64,000 nucleotides of DNA from Bdellovibrionales bacterium (GTDB lineage Bacteria; Bdellovibrionota; Bdellovibrionia; Bdellovibrionales; JAUICD01), in the NCBI GenBank assembly GCA_965262715.1, contig OZ253553.1, positions 1,760,001 to 1,824,000 on the forward strand. Direction: 5' to 3'. The position numbers and the translations under genes were made by a program. The notes under the pieces are model-generated. The model was not told the DNA's origin. It ran no database searches and worked only from the letters and a program-made list of their open reading frames with translations. Shown in pieces: positions 48,320-58,225 of the stretch; positions within the stretch are counted from its first letter, which is position 1; every line of letters begins with the position of its first letter.

Positions 48320-49276
48320 TTTTTTCTTTTTATAGTACATATCTTGCAGAAGTAAACCTTTAAGCTGATTAATAGACAACAACAATTTCCCTAACATAAT
48401 GTAAAAAGACGAGGATATCCTTCTAGTAAAAATGCCTCAGGCTTTCTAGGCATTGCCCTATTTGCCAAACGGCGTGAGCCAGTTTGGGGGCAATGCCAGA
48501 AAGTTGCCAGAGGCAAGAGGCATTTTTAGTGAAACAGAGTAGCACGATGCCAGTATTTTTTCTTTTTATAGTACATATCTTGCAGAAGTAAACCTTTAAG
48601 CTGATTAATAGACAACAACAATTTCCCTAACATAATGTAAAAAGACGAGGATATCCTTCTAGTAAAAATGCCTCAGGCTTTCTAGGCATTGCCCTATTTG
48701 CCAAACGGCGTGAGCCAGTTTGGGGGCAATGCCAGAAAGTTGCCAGAGGCAAGAGGCATTTTTAGTGAAACAGAGTAGCACGATGCCAGTATTTTTTCTT
48801 TTTATAGTACATATCTTGCAGAAGTAAACCTTTAAGCTGATTAATAGACAACAACAATTTCCCTAACATAATGTAAAAAGACGAGGATATCCTTCTAGTA
48901 AAAATGCCTCAGGCTTTCTAGGCATTGCCCTATTTGCCAAACGGCGTGAGCCAGTTTGGGGGCAATGCCAGAAAGTTGCCAGAGGCAAGAGGCATTTTTA
49001 GTGAAACAGAGTAGCACGATGCCAGTATTTTTTCTTTTTATAGTACATATCTTGCAGAAGTAAACCTTTAAGCTGATTAATAGACAACAACAATTTCCCT
49101 AACATAATGTAAAAAGACGAGGATATCCTTCTAGTAAAAATGCCTCAGGCTTTCTAGGCATTGCCCTATTTGCCAAACGGCGTGAGCCAGTTTGGGGGCA
49201 ATGCCAGAAAGTTGCCAGAGGCAAGAGGCATTTTTAGTGAAACAGAGTAGCACGATGCCAGTATTTTTCTTTTTAT
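48300..49276 (+). repeat. Tandem array of four identical 236-bp units (5S 3' end + T tract + family A element) plus a closing 5S 3' end
   Basis: GAGTAGCACGATGCCAGT starts at 48301, 48537, 48773, 49009 and 49245. Confidence 0.95.
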
Positions 49277-49298
49277 TAAGATATTCAATAAATATAAT

Positions 49299-49513
49299 GG
49301 CATTGTTGCATATTGGTGATATATAAAGTCTAGAAAATTATGGTAGGCATCTTCACTAGCAGCAGGCAACCCCCGTGCCCTGTATTGCTGTTATTTTGTG
49401 GTTTTATTATGGTATAAAAACTTTATACAAATTTTTATCTCCTGAGGCACTGGCCTGAGCTAGATCAGATGCCTACCATAATTTTCTATACATATTTTTT
49501 ATGCAACAAGTCC
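49299..49513. mobile_element. IS903-type MITE carrying a family B hairpin
   Basis: GGCATTGTTGCATA...TATGCAACAAGTCC ends; B element at 49331-49488. Confidence 0.82.
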
Positions 49514-49653
49514 ATAAATAATGGATAATTTTATATAAAAAATATCTGTATTTTTATGCCTATTCTTTGTTGAATATGATAGAAAAATCATATAATCATA
49601 TATTTATAATAAAAATAAGTCAGACACACTAAGTAAAAAATAAAGTTATTATT

Positions 49654-50226
49654 ATGATTAAATCCATTAAATTTCAGAATTTTACATCACTTTATCATGA
49701 AGGTGAGGTCAATTTTGTAGTTGATGATGATGCTCCAGATATAAACGATTTTAAAAAGTGTGGTTCTCACCGGCTCTCAAAAGTATCAGTTATTTTAGGA
49801 GCCAATGGTTCAGGTAAAAGTAATGTGCTTTATGCGATTGCTTTTTTAAGAAGATTTATAGCGCATTCGTTTTCAGAAGCTTCAGAAGGGATAAATATAC
49901 CTCCACATGCAGCGCAAACAGATAAGCCCTCTTATTTCGAAGTGGAATTTTATATTGAAAAGCAGTTATATAAATTTTCTTTAAGACTTAATCAAGAAAG
50001 AGTGCTTTTAGAGACTTTACAATGTCTCAGTCAAGATACAAAGATGTTGTATTCAAGAGAATATGATTCTTCGAAAGGTTCTTATGCATTTGATGGTAAG
50101 AATTTAGAGGTAGAAAGTGATTTTATAAGTAGAGTGCGACCTAATGCTTCTGTTGTATCTACAGGATCACAATATAATTATAATAAATTCATTCAAATTA
50201 AAAGTTATTGGATATGCTTTTATTGA
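49654..50226 (+). pseudogene. N-terminal half of a RloA-like ATPase (truncated duplicate of 51701-52861)
   Basis: Aligns with the full copy up to QIKSYW, then breaks; has Walker A only. Confidence 0.85.
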
Positions 50227-51211
50227 TATGATCAAATTCTTTCTTATAAAAGTTTTGAATTTTATAGCCAAGATGAATGGGATTAAAACTTGGGTATTTT
50301 GCGTTGAGAAGACTAGATAACTCTTGATGAAAGTCGTTTGCTGTCATTTTCCTAAGGTTTCTATCGCGAATCAGAGCCCTACTCACAATTTTTTCTATAT
50401 CTGCGAGATATGGGGTTTCAGGACTTATGCTTTTTAATCTAGGAATATGAGCTTCTTTGACTTTTTTTAAAATTTTGGCTTGAGTGTTTGCATAAAAAAG
50501 ACGTTGTTTGGAGAGTAGTTCCCAAAGAATAATACCTAAAGAAAAAATATCTGTTTTTTGGTTTATCTCCAACCCATCAGCTTGTTCTGGGCTCATGTAG
50601 CTAAACTTACCTTGAAGCTTCTTAGCTCTCATTTGGGCCATTTGAGCTGGATCATTCCGTTTAGATATACCAAAATCAATGAGCTTTACTTCTCCTTCGA
50701 TACTCACCATGGCATTTTGGGGACTGATGTCACCATGTACTAGATAAAGCTTTTCTCCTGTTTTAGGATGAACAAACCTATGCGCATAATCTAAACTGGC
50801 AGCAAGTTCTTTAATGATATAGATTTTTTCTTCAAAAGCAAGATCTGCTTGGGCTGTATAAAGGTCCTTTAAAATCTGTCTAAGGTTTTTTCCTCTAATG
50901 AACTCTAATTCTAAGACTAATTTTTGTTTTTTTTCTCCTTTTATCATCTCGTCAACGGTATTATGACCAATAACAGATGCGATATTTTTGTGTGACATAT
51001 TCATCACTATATTTGTTTCTTCTTCAAACATTCTAACAAACTCTAGACTTGAAGAAAAAGAAGGAATCATAGTTTTGACAGCTAGTAGCTTAGAGGTTTT
51101 TGGCTGGCCTTTAGCTGCTTTGGGTTTCTTTACAGCCAGATAGACTTCGGCCATTCCTTCTTTACCGAGTTCATGGATTAAAATATATTCTTTACCAAGC
51201 TTTTTTTCCAT
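50198..51211 (-). CDS. Truncated duplicate of the Ser/Thr kinase (kinase domain only; possibly a pseudogene)
   Basis: Near-identical to the N-terminus of 46302-48014; lacks TM/PEGA; Gly loop GKEGMA. Confidence 0.8.
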   Translation of the reverse strand: MEKKLGKEYILIHELGKEGMAEVYLAVKKPKAAKGQPKTSKLLAVKTMIPSFSSSLEFVRMFEEETNIVMNMSHKNIASVIGHNTVDEMIKGEKKQKLVLELEFIRGKNLRQILKDLYTAQADLAFEEKIYIIKELAASLDYAHRFVHPKTGEKLYLVHGDISPQNAMVSIEGEVKLIDFGISKRNDPAQMAQMRAKKLQGKFSYMSPEQADGLEINQKTDIFSLGIILWELLSKQRLFYANTQAKILKKVKEAHIPRLKSISPETPYLADIEKIVSRALIRDRNLRKMTANDFHQELSSLLNAKYPSFNPIHLGYKIQNFYKKEFDHINKSISNNF

Positions 51212-51297
51212 ATAAAAAATCCATAGTCTACCATGATTTATATCGGATTATGGCATTTAGTTCTTAACTTAAGTAAGGTCTATTTTGTGTGAGCCAA

Positions 51298-51314
51298 AGT
51301 AGCACGATGCCAGT
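51298..51314 (+). pseudogene. Residual 3' end of a second 5S rRNA copy
   Basis: AGTAGCACGATGCCAGT followed by the same downstream sequence as at 49263 onward. Confidence 0.8.
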
Positions 51315-51351
51315 GTTTTTTCTTTTTATTAAGATATTCAATAAATATAAT

Positions 51352-51565
51352 GGCATTGTTGCATATTGGTGATATATAAAGTCTAGAAAATTATGGTAGG
51401 CATCTTCACTAGCAGCAGGCAACCCCGTGCCCTGTATTGCTGTTATTTTGTGGTTTTATTATGGTATAAAAACTTTATACAAATTTTTATCTCCTGAGGC
51501 ACTGGCCTGAGCTAGATCAGATGCCTGCCATAATTTTCTATACATATTTTTTATGCAACAAGTCC
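51352..51565. mobile_element. IS903-type MITE with family B hairpin (duplicate of 49299-49513)
   Basis: Near-identical sequence. Confidence 0.82.
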
Positions 51566-51700
51566 ATAAATAATGGATAATTTTATATAAAAAATATCTG
51601 TATTTTTATGCCTATTTTTTGTTGAATATGATAGAAAAATCATATATTTATAAATAACAATGAGCTGAAATGTACCTAAATAAGGATTACAGTTATTATT

Positions 51701-52861
51701 ATGATTAAATCAATTAAATTTCAGAATTTTACATCCTTTTATCATCAAGGTGAGGTCAACTTTGCAGTTAATAATGATGCTCCAAACACGTCTCATTTTA
51801 AGAAATGCGGCACTCATCGACTCTCAAAAGTATCAGCTATTTTAGGAGCCAATGGCTCAGGTAAAACTAATGTTCTTTATGCATTTGCTTTTTTAGGAAA
51901 CTTTATAGCACATTCATTTTCAAAAACTTCGGAAGGAATAAATATGCATCCACATGCAGCGCAGGCAGATAAGCCTTCTTATTTCGAAGTTGAGTTTTAT
52001 ATTAAAAAACAATTGTATAAGTTTTCTTTAAAACTTGATCAAAAAAGAGTTCTTTTAGAGACTTTACAGTGTCTCAGTCAAGATACAAAGATATTGTATT
52101 CAAGAGAATATGATTCTTCGAAAGGTTCTTATGCATTTGATGGTAAGAACCTAAAGGTAGAAAGTGATTTTATAAATAGAGTGCGGCCTAATGCTTCTGT
52201 TGTATCTACAGGATCACAGTTCAATTATGAGGAACTTCATCAAATTAAAAGTTATTGGGATCATATCATTTTTTCACCTTCTTTTAATGTTTTTAAAGCT
52301 TCTAAGTTTTATTTTGAAAATAAAGATTATTTTGATAATGCTAAAGAATATCTTAAAAAATTAGACCTTGGGTTATCAGATATCGATATAAAAAAAACAG
52401 AACAGAAAACATCAAAGGATAAAATAAAAACTGTTTATCTTCCTTATGGTATCCATAAACACAAATCTAAGGAATTTAAAATCCCTTTTATTTTTGAATC
52501 TTTTGGAACACAGAAATTATACACTACGCTTAGAATGATTTTACCTACTTTAGGTACAGGTTCACTTTGTGTTATAGATGAGATAGAATCTTCTCTTCAT
52601 CCAAAGATGTTGCCATTTATTTGTGATTTATTTGTATCGGAGGAGAGTAATCCTAAAGGGGCTCAACTGCTTTGTACAACACATGCGCCTATCTTGGTGA
52701 ATGAATTATCACAATATCAAATATTTTTAACTGAAAAAAATAAAGATTGTGAGAGTGAAATCTATCGATTGGATGATGTTGAAGGTGTAAAATCAGATGA
52801 CAACTTTCTTGGAAAATACTTAGCGGGAGCTTACGGCGGAGTTCCTCAGATTGATGTATAA
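51701..52861 (+). CDS. RloA/AbiLi-like AAA_21 ATPase
   Basis: IKFQNF, GANGSGKT, ESFGT, VIDEIESSLHP, QLLCTTH, YLAGAYGGVP C-terminus. Confidence 0.88.
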   Translation: MIKSIKFQNFTSFYHQGEVNFAVNNDAPNTSHFKKCGTHRLSKVSAILGANGSGKTNVLYAFAFLGNFIAHSFSKTSEGINMHPHAAQADKPSYFEVEFYIKKQLYKFSLKLDQKRVLLETLQCLSQDTKILYSREYDSSKGSYAFDGKNLKVESDFINRVRPNASVVSTGSQFNYEELHQIKSYWDHIIFSPSFNVFKASKFYFENKDYFDNAKEYLKKLDLGLSDIDIKKTEQKTSKDKIKTVYLPYGIHKHKSKEFKIPFIFESFGTQKLYTTLRMILPTLGTGSLCVIDEIESSLHPKMLPFICDLFVSEESNPKGAQLLCTTHAPILVNELSQYQIFLTEKNKDCESEIYRLDDVEGVKSDDNFLGKYLAGAYGGVPQIDV

Positions 52862-52863
52862 CG

Positions 52864-53373
52864 ATGGTAAAGAAGAGAAAACAAAAACACACTATATTTA
52901 TTTATTGTGAGGGCAAAGATGATCGTTTATTTATTCAACATCTGAAGCGTGCTTTTGCTAGTCTTAAAAAAAGTATTGAATCTAAAAAAGGAGGAGGAGG
53001 TGGACCTTCTTGGATGATTCAAAAGACTACTCGTGAGCCTGGCGAATATGATGAAAAATATATTTTTTTAGACTTAGATCAAGGTAAAGATAAGGAAAAG
53101 CATGAGAGTGATGCTAATAAACAAAATATCACATTGATTTGGTCTACTCCATGTTTAGAAGGATTATTTCTACAGATATTAAATGGTCATCCTCAAATGT
53201 CTGATTCGCAAAAATATAAAAATCACTTTAAGAAGGAATATAATTCAAATAAAAGACAATATGATCCTACAATGTTTGAAAGATTATTCCCTAAGGAAAA
53301 GCTTGTTTCTAAAAAGGCAAAGATTCCAACACTCAATCAATTGATTCAAATAATAAATAGCATAGGAGATTAA
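52864..53373 (+). CDS. RloB/AbiLii-like TOPRIM-fold protein
   Basis: IYCEGKDD, FLDLD, STPCLE motifs; directly follows the ATPase. Confidence 0.82.
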   Translation: MVKKRKQKHTIFIYCEGKDDRLFIQHLKRAFASLKKSIESKKGGGGGPSWMIQKTTREPGEYDEKYIFLDLDQGKDKEKHESDANKQNITLIWSTPCLEGLFLQILNGHPQMSDSQKYKNHFKKEYNSNKRQYDPTMFERLFPKEKLVSKKAKIPTLNQLIQIINSIGD

Positions 53374-53382
53374 AAAAAGCTT

Positions 53383-54243
53383 ATGACAGATATATCTGAT
53401 ACAACTACCCATAATATAAATGAAATAAAAATTCCTCAACCGACACCACTTCCTGAAAGAAATCTTGTTTATAAACCGTTTTTGTTTTTTTTGTACAAAG
53501 AGATTAGACGATTTTGGCGTGTTAAAGGTCAAACTATTTTTAATCCTCTTGTACAAAGTTCTTTATATCTTTTAATTTTCGGTGTGAGTTTAGGAGGGAG
53601 TATTGTTTTAGATAATGGTCTAAGTTATATGGAATTTTTAATCCCGGGGCTTGTTATGATGGCCGCATTGAATAACGCTTTTTTAAACTGTGCAGGTTCT
53701 ATTGTAACCTCTAAATTTCATGGAGATATTCAAGACCTCAAAGTTATTCCTCTATCTGATTATTTGATCTTAATAGCTTTTGCTTTAGGAGGTCTGATAA
53801 GGGGAATGGTTGTTGGATTGCTCACGTTGGTTGCTTGTCAAATATGTTTTTTTATTATAAATGACCGTTTGCTACCTATTTTACATCCTGGACTTTTTCT
53901 GATTTTTTTAGCTCTCGGAGGACTTTCTTTTGGCTTTTTAGGTGCCTTTACTGGATTTTGGGCAAAAGGATACGAGCATGTCAGTGCTATCGGAGGATTT
54001 ATTGTTTTACCTTTGTTGTATTTAGGAGGGGTTTTTTATTCAATAGCTAATCTTCATCCTGTCTTGCAGATTCTTTCAAGGCTTAATCCTATGCTTTACT
54101 TTATCAATGGCATACGTTACGGTTTTTTAGAACAAAGTGATGTTGGATGGATACAGTGTCTCTGGATTGCAATATTATCAATGATGGTATGTATGTTTTT
54201 AAGTGTGACGTGCTTTCGTACCTCTTCTTTTCAACGCTGGTAA
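53383..54243 (+). CDS. ABC-2 type transporter permease (YadH-like)
   Basis: KEIRRF, LYLLIFG, YMEFLIPGL, YLGGVFYS, NPMLYFINGIRYG. Confidence 0.9.
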   Translation: MTDISDTTTHNINEIKIPQPTPLPERNLVYKPFLFFLYKEIRRFWRVKGQTIFNPLVQSSLYLLIFGVSLGGSIVLDNGLSYMEFLIPGLVMMAALNNAFLNCAGSIVTSKFHGDIQDLKVIPLSDYLILIAFALGGLIRGMVVGLLTLVACQICFFIINDRLLPILHPGLFLIFLALGGLSFGFLGAFTGFWAKGYEHVSAIGGFIVLPLLYLGGVFYSIANLHPVLQILSRLNPMLYFINGIRYGFLEQSDVGWIQCLWIAILSMMVCMFLSVTCFRTSSFQRW

Positions 54244-54710
54244 GATTTAGGTTTTGTTGAAGTTTCTTCAAGATACTTAAATTTTACACCCGGCTTGATT
54301 TTGTTTTTTGAAAACCACCCCTTATTCATTTCTAAGGCATATTTGGCAGGAAGATGGCTCTTATATGTCCTTCTGGGCTCTTTTAAAAGAATACTTTCAG
54401 GTTGCATCTCTTGAACTTCCAATAACTCCTTTTTAGAATTAAAAAATCCAATACTCAAAGGAATGTATGTATTTTTCATCCAGAAAGAAAGAGGCTGTGA
54501 AGAAGGAAATACAAATAACATACCTTGATCATTTGGAAGAGATTTGCGGTACATCAGTCCACGTGTTCTTTTTTCTGTTGTATCTGCAATTTCAGCTTGT
54601 ATAATCTTATGCCCAACTTTTAGTCTTTTTAAAGATGGGGTATCTTGGCTGTAAGCCCTATCATAATCTAAATTGATAATAAAAATAGAAAATAAAAAAA
54701 TAAATTTCAT
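54231..54710 (-). CDS. DUF192 family protein
   Basis: AEIADT..R.RGLMYR, GMLFVF, FWMKNT.IPL, YALE. Confidence 0.9.
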   Translation of the reverse strand: MKFIFLFSIFIINLDYDRAYSQDTPSLKRLKVGHKIIQAEIADTTEKRTRGLMYRKSLPNDQGMLFVFPSSQPLSFWMKNTYIPLSIGFFNSKKELLEVQEMQPESILLKEPRRTYKSHLPAKYALEMNKGWFSKNKIKPGVKFKYLEETSTKPKSYQR

Positions 54711-54756
54711 CTATACACTTTTAACTGAGAGCTTTAACTAGATTTTGAAATATCTT

Positions 54757-55221
54757 TTATTTAAACTCAAACCTTGTACCTATTTTAATTTCATTTTTTT
54801 CAAACTATCCTTGATTCACTTCTAAAACATATTGGCAAGGGTAATGAGACATATACCTCCTTCTTCTAAGGGTATCTACAAGAGGGCTATCTGGTTGCAT
54901 TTCCTGAACTTCTAATAATTCTCTTTCAGCATTAAAAAACCCTACGTTGAGAGGAATATATACATGGTCCGTCCACAAAAAAAATGTTTCTTCAGAAGGC
55001 ATGACGAACAATATACCCTGATTTTCTGGAAGATTTCGTCGATATGTTAATCCATGTTTTATTTTTTCTTCTGTATCTGCGATTTCTACATATATATCCT
55101 TATCTCCTATTTGCAATAATTGCAAATTGTTATCTTGAGAATATACATTATCATAAACTAAACTGACAACAATAAAAAGATTTATTGAAATTAATAACTT
55201 ATAATTTATTAGAGCCTTCAT
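54757..55221 (-). pseudogene. DUF192 paralog with a premature TAG at a conserved Trp codon
   Basis: ...VLEVNQG*FEKNEIKIGTRFEFK* aligns with GWFSKNKIKPGVKFK of the neighbouring paralog. Confidence 0.75.
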
Positions 55222-55260
55222 ATCCTTAAGCCCTCAAATATCCGATCACTTACACTTAAT

Positions 55261-55890
55261 TCAGTTTGTTCTTTTAGTAATATTATTAAGATGTGTTATT
55301 CTATTTTTTTCCACTGTAAGAAGATAAATGATAACCGCTTGAACTGGCCAATCTCTTAATATAGTAGTATCGGGTAATTGTTCTGGGTCTATTTTAGCAA
55401 AAGTGGTTACATTTCTCACATGGCTGTTGATAGCTATGTCATGCGCTGTATCACCATCAGCATTTAAAACACTTAAGTCAGCTCCACTTGCTAAAAGCCC
55501 ATTGACAATGGCATCACGGCCAGGGATACCGTCCTTACTGGCTACCATAAGTGGCGTTATACCAGACTTGGTTTGAAAGTTAACATCCGCTTCTGCACCT
55601 ATCAAAATGTGAAAGATTTCTTGATGACTGTGATCAATTGCTATCATAAGTGCTGTAAAGTGACCAAATGGGTCTTGAGCATCCACATCAGCACCTTGAT
55701 GTAGTAAATCTTGAACAGCTTGTACATCACCTCGTGTGACAGCTTCTATAAAGGATCCATTTATGTCCGATCCCTCTTTAGCTATTGAAGTGAAACTTAT
55801 AACAGAAGTTAAAATAAAAAGTACCAATATATTTTTAAATAAAGGAAATAACACAATAAACATCCTTGATTTTATACAGGTTATATTCAT
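55261..55890 (-). CDS. Secreted ankyrin-repeat protein
   Basis: GADVD, TALMIA, GITPLMVA, GAD...GDTA repeats after a signal peptide. Confidence 0.9.
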   Translation of the reverse strand: MNITCIKSRMFIVLFPLFKNILVLFILTSVISFTSIAKEGSDINGSFIEAVTRGDVQAVQDLLHQGADVDAQDPFGHFTALMIAIDHSHQEIFHILIGAEADVNFQTKSGITPLMVASKDGIPGRDAIVNGLLASGADLSVLNADGDTAHDIAINSHVRNVTTFAKIDPEQLPDTTILRDWPVQAVIIYLLTVEKNRITHLNNITKRTN

Positions 55891-56116
55891 TTAAACCTAT
55901 TTATCTTCATCAGGAAGAAAAATAAATAGCAATCATCTTTTTATTACAGAGTTTCTTTTTGAGTATCAATGAAAAATATTGAGCTTTCTTAAATAAGTAA
56001 TAAATCAAAGCAAAATGGGGTATTAAATAATGCAGTCAGTTAAAACTCAATTTTTCAAAAATTTCTTTAAGATAGTTTTGAATTTTTTCATAAGAAATAG
56101 AGAGAGAAATAAAACG

Positions 56117-56452
56117 ATTTCCTTAACATGTTGTTAAAAAATGAGGGGAGTCTCCTTACTAAAATGCATCATACTTTCTAGGCATTACCCTATTTGCCAG
56201 ACGGCGTGAGCTAGTTTGGGGGCGATGCCAGAAAGTTGCCAGAGGCTTGCCTCGAGAGGCTCGCCTCGAGAGGCAAGATGCATTTTAGTGAAAATTGAAA
56301 CAGTTTCCCTAACATGAAGTAAAGAGATGAGGGGAGTCTCTCTCCTAAAAATAAACGGATTTTTGAGGCAGTCAGCATTTTCTTGAAGATGTGAATCTTC
56401 AGGCTGACTGCCCAAAAACTGCCAGAGGCAGGTTTATTTTTAGGGAAATAGA
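56117..56452. repeat. Two tandem family A elements
   Basis: Each has a TTTCC(C/T)TAACATG leader, an ATGAGGGGAGTCT segment and a long hairpin ending TTTTAG(G/T)GAAA. Confidence 0.85.
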
Positions 56453-57505
56453 TCAATTACATTTTTCCTGATCGTACCTGCAAATTCCAAAGCGGCCCAG
56501 TTCTGCTACATAAGCTAGAGCTAGCTTAACAAAGTCAACAGAATGCTCAGCATTGCCACCAGACGCTTCAAAAGTGTCTGTGACTTTATGTATATGAGGA
56601 GTGATCTCACGTAACCTGGCTTCTATAAACATGGAAGCAGGATAGCCTGCATTATGCCAAGAGGCATGATCTGAACATCCACGTTCACAATAATCGTATT
56701 CCCATGTTATTTCTGGGAGATAAGTTTGAATGAGTCGTTCTAAAAATGCATTTTGCCCAGGATCTGTATAATCACCAATCATAACAAGATCAAGATCTTC
56801 AGAGCCTCTAAAGTTTGTCATATCAAAATTCAGAACACCAATGACATTTTGACCCTCTGCTGCAAAAGAGTTGGCAATATGCTCTGATCCTTTTAAACCT
56901 AACTCCTCTGCTGCAGACCCTACGGCTTTAACGGTTCTTGGCAGACAACCATTGTTATGAAGCATCAGGACTCTAACCACTTCTGTAATGACGGCTATTC
57001 CAGAAGCATTGTCATCAGCTCCTGGTGATCTTTTCCCTAGATTCTCTTCATCATTAGCAGGTGTGCCAACTCTTTCTTTAAGAGCAGAGTCAGCATGAGC
57101 TCCTAGGACGATTATTTCTTCTGGGATAATGCAGCCTTCTATAGTAAGTATTAAAGAAGGTTGCAGGGGACTGAATTCTGGATGGTAAAAATAATCTATA
57201 CTAACATTATTTTTACCTTGTGTTATTTCTTCCACTTGGGATTTTAAGCCTTCACCTTGTGCTACCTCTTCCCACTTGGATTTTAACCATTTCTGTGCCT
57301 CAATAGCTTTTGGACTATTATAATATCTTGTTTCAAATGCTGAAAAAGCTTGTATGGTATTTGCTATCTCTGCGGCATCTACACTCTCTAACATCTCAAC
57401 CACTTCTGGTAATGGCTCTTGAGCTAAAACCGGTTTATAGAACAAAACAGAAAAAGATAACCCTATCAATCCAAAAACAATATGTTTCATATTATTAACC
57501 TCCAA
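56453..57505 (-). CDS. M28-family (leucine aminopeptidase-like) zinc peptidase, secreted
   Basis: LGAHADS, PGADDNASG, AAEELGL, NFDMT, CSDHASW, IH. Confidence 0.9.
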   Translation of the reverse strand: MEVNNMKHIVFGLIGLSFSVLFYKPVLAQEPLPEVVEMLESVDAAEIANTIQAFSAFETRYYNSPKAIEAQKWLKSKWEEVAQGEGLKSQVEEITQGKNNVSIDYFYHPEFSPLQPSLILTIEGCIIPEEIIVLGAHADSALKERVGTPANDEENLGKRSPGADDNASGIAVITEVVRVLMLHNNGCLPRTVKAVGSAAEELGLKGSEHIANSFAAEGQNVIGVLNFDMTNFRGSEDLDLVMIGDYTDPGQNAFLERLIQTYLPEITWEYDYCERGCSDHASWHNAGYPASMFIEARLREITPHIHKVTDTFEASGGNAEHSVDFVKLALAYVAELGRFGICRYDQEKCN

Positions 57506-57692
57506 ATAAATAACTAAAGAACCTAATTAGAACTTATCAATAACATAGAACCTCACCATAAGTCTAGACCCTTTGTAAAGTTTTCATAGCTCTTTGTAAA
57601 ACTTTCATACCTTACTATCTCTATTGTTAAAACTTACAGCACAGAATGATGTTTTAGACAGTGCAGCGAGTTAAACCTCTCTTTTGACCAAC

Positions 57693-57911
57693 TTATAGGT
57701 CAGTTTTTTCAATACCTTGATGTAGTAAATCTTGAACAGTTTGTGCATCATCTCGTGTGACGGCTTCTATAAAGGATTCACTTATATCCGATTCCTCTTT
57801 AGCTATTGAAGTGAAACTTATGACAGAAGTTAAAATAAAAAGTACTAATATATTTTTAAATAAAGGAAATAACACAATAAACATCCTTAATTTTATACAG
57901 GTTATATTCAT
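57693..57911 (-). pseudogene. Truncated ankyrin duplicate fused to the last codons of gpmI
   Basis: Matches 55261-55890 up to DLLHQG, then IEKTDL* resembles the gpmI end IEKSDL*. Confidence 0.85.
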
Positions 57912-58107
57912 TTAAGCCTATTCATCAGTAAGGAAAATAAATAGCAATTATCTTTTTACTACAGAATTTCTTTTTGAGTATCAATGAAAAATATTGAGGT
58001 TTCTTAAATAAGTAATAAATCAAAGCAAAATGGGGTATTAAATAATGTAGTCAGTTAAAACTCAATTTTTCAAAAACTTCTGTAAGATAGTTTTGAATTT
58101 TTTCATA

Positions 58108-58225
58108 AGAAATAGAGAGAGAAATAAAACGATTTCCTTAACATGTTGTTAAAAAATGAGGGGAGTCTTCCTCCTAAAAATGAACAGATTTTTGAGACAG
58201 TCAGCATTTTCTTGAAGACATAAGT
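58108..58225. repeat. 118-bp direct repeat (left target duplication of the IS1634 element)
   Basis: Identical to 60182-60299. Confidence 0.92.

Noticed and set aside
48300..49276. CRISPR array
   Set aside because: The intervening 202-bp segments are identical rather than unique spacers, the repeat is the 5S 3' end, and no cas genes are present
49166..49369. Short ORFs in repeats (also 25947-26135, 27770-28075, 56185-56456, 60177-60359, 41390-41704)
   Set aside because: They lie largely within non-coding repeat elements, and their frames are not conserved between copies
47020..51211. Diversity-generating retroelement TR/VR pair (kinase copies)
   Set aside because: Differences are mostly synonymous and not adenine-specific; no intact RT in the window
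56326..56350. Hammerhead ribozyme core in family A (GATGAG-stem-CTAAA)
   Set aside because: It lacks the CUGANGA and GAAA consensus, and the CTAAAA segment is paired in the outer stem
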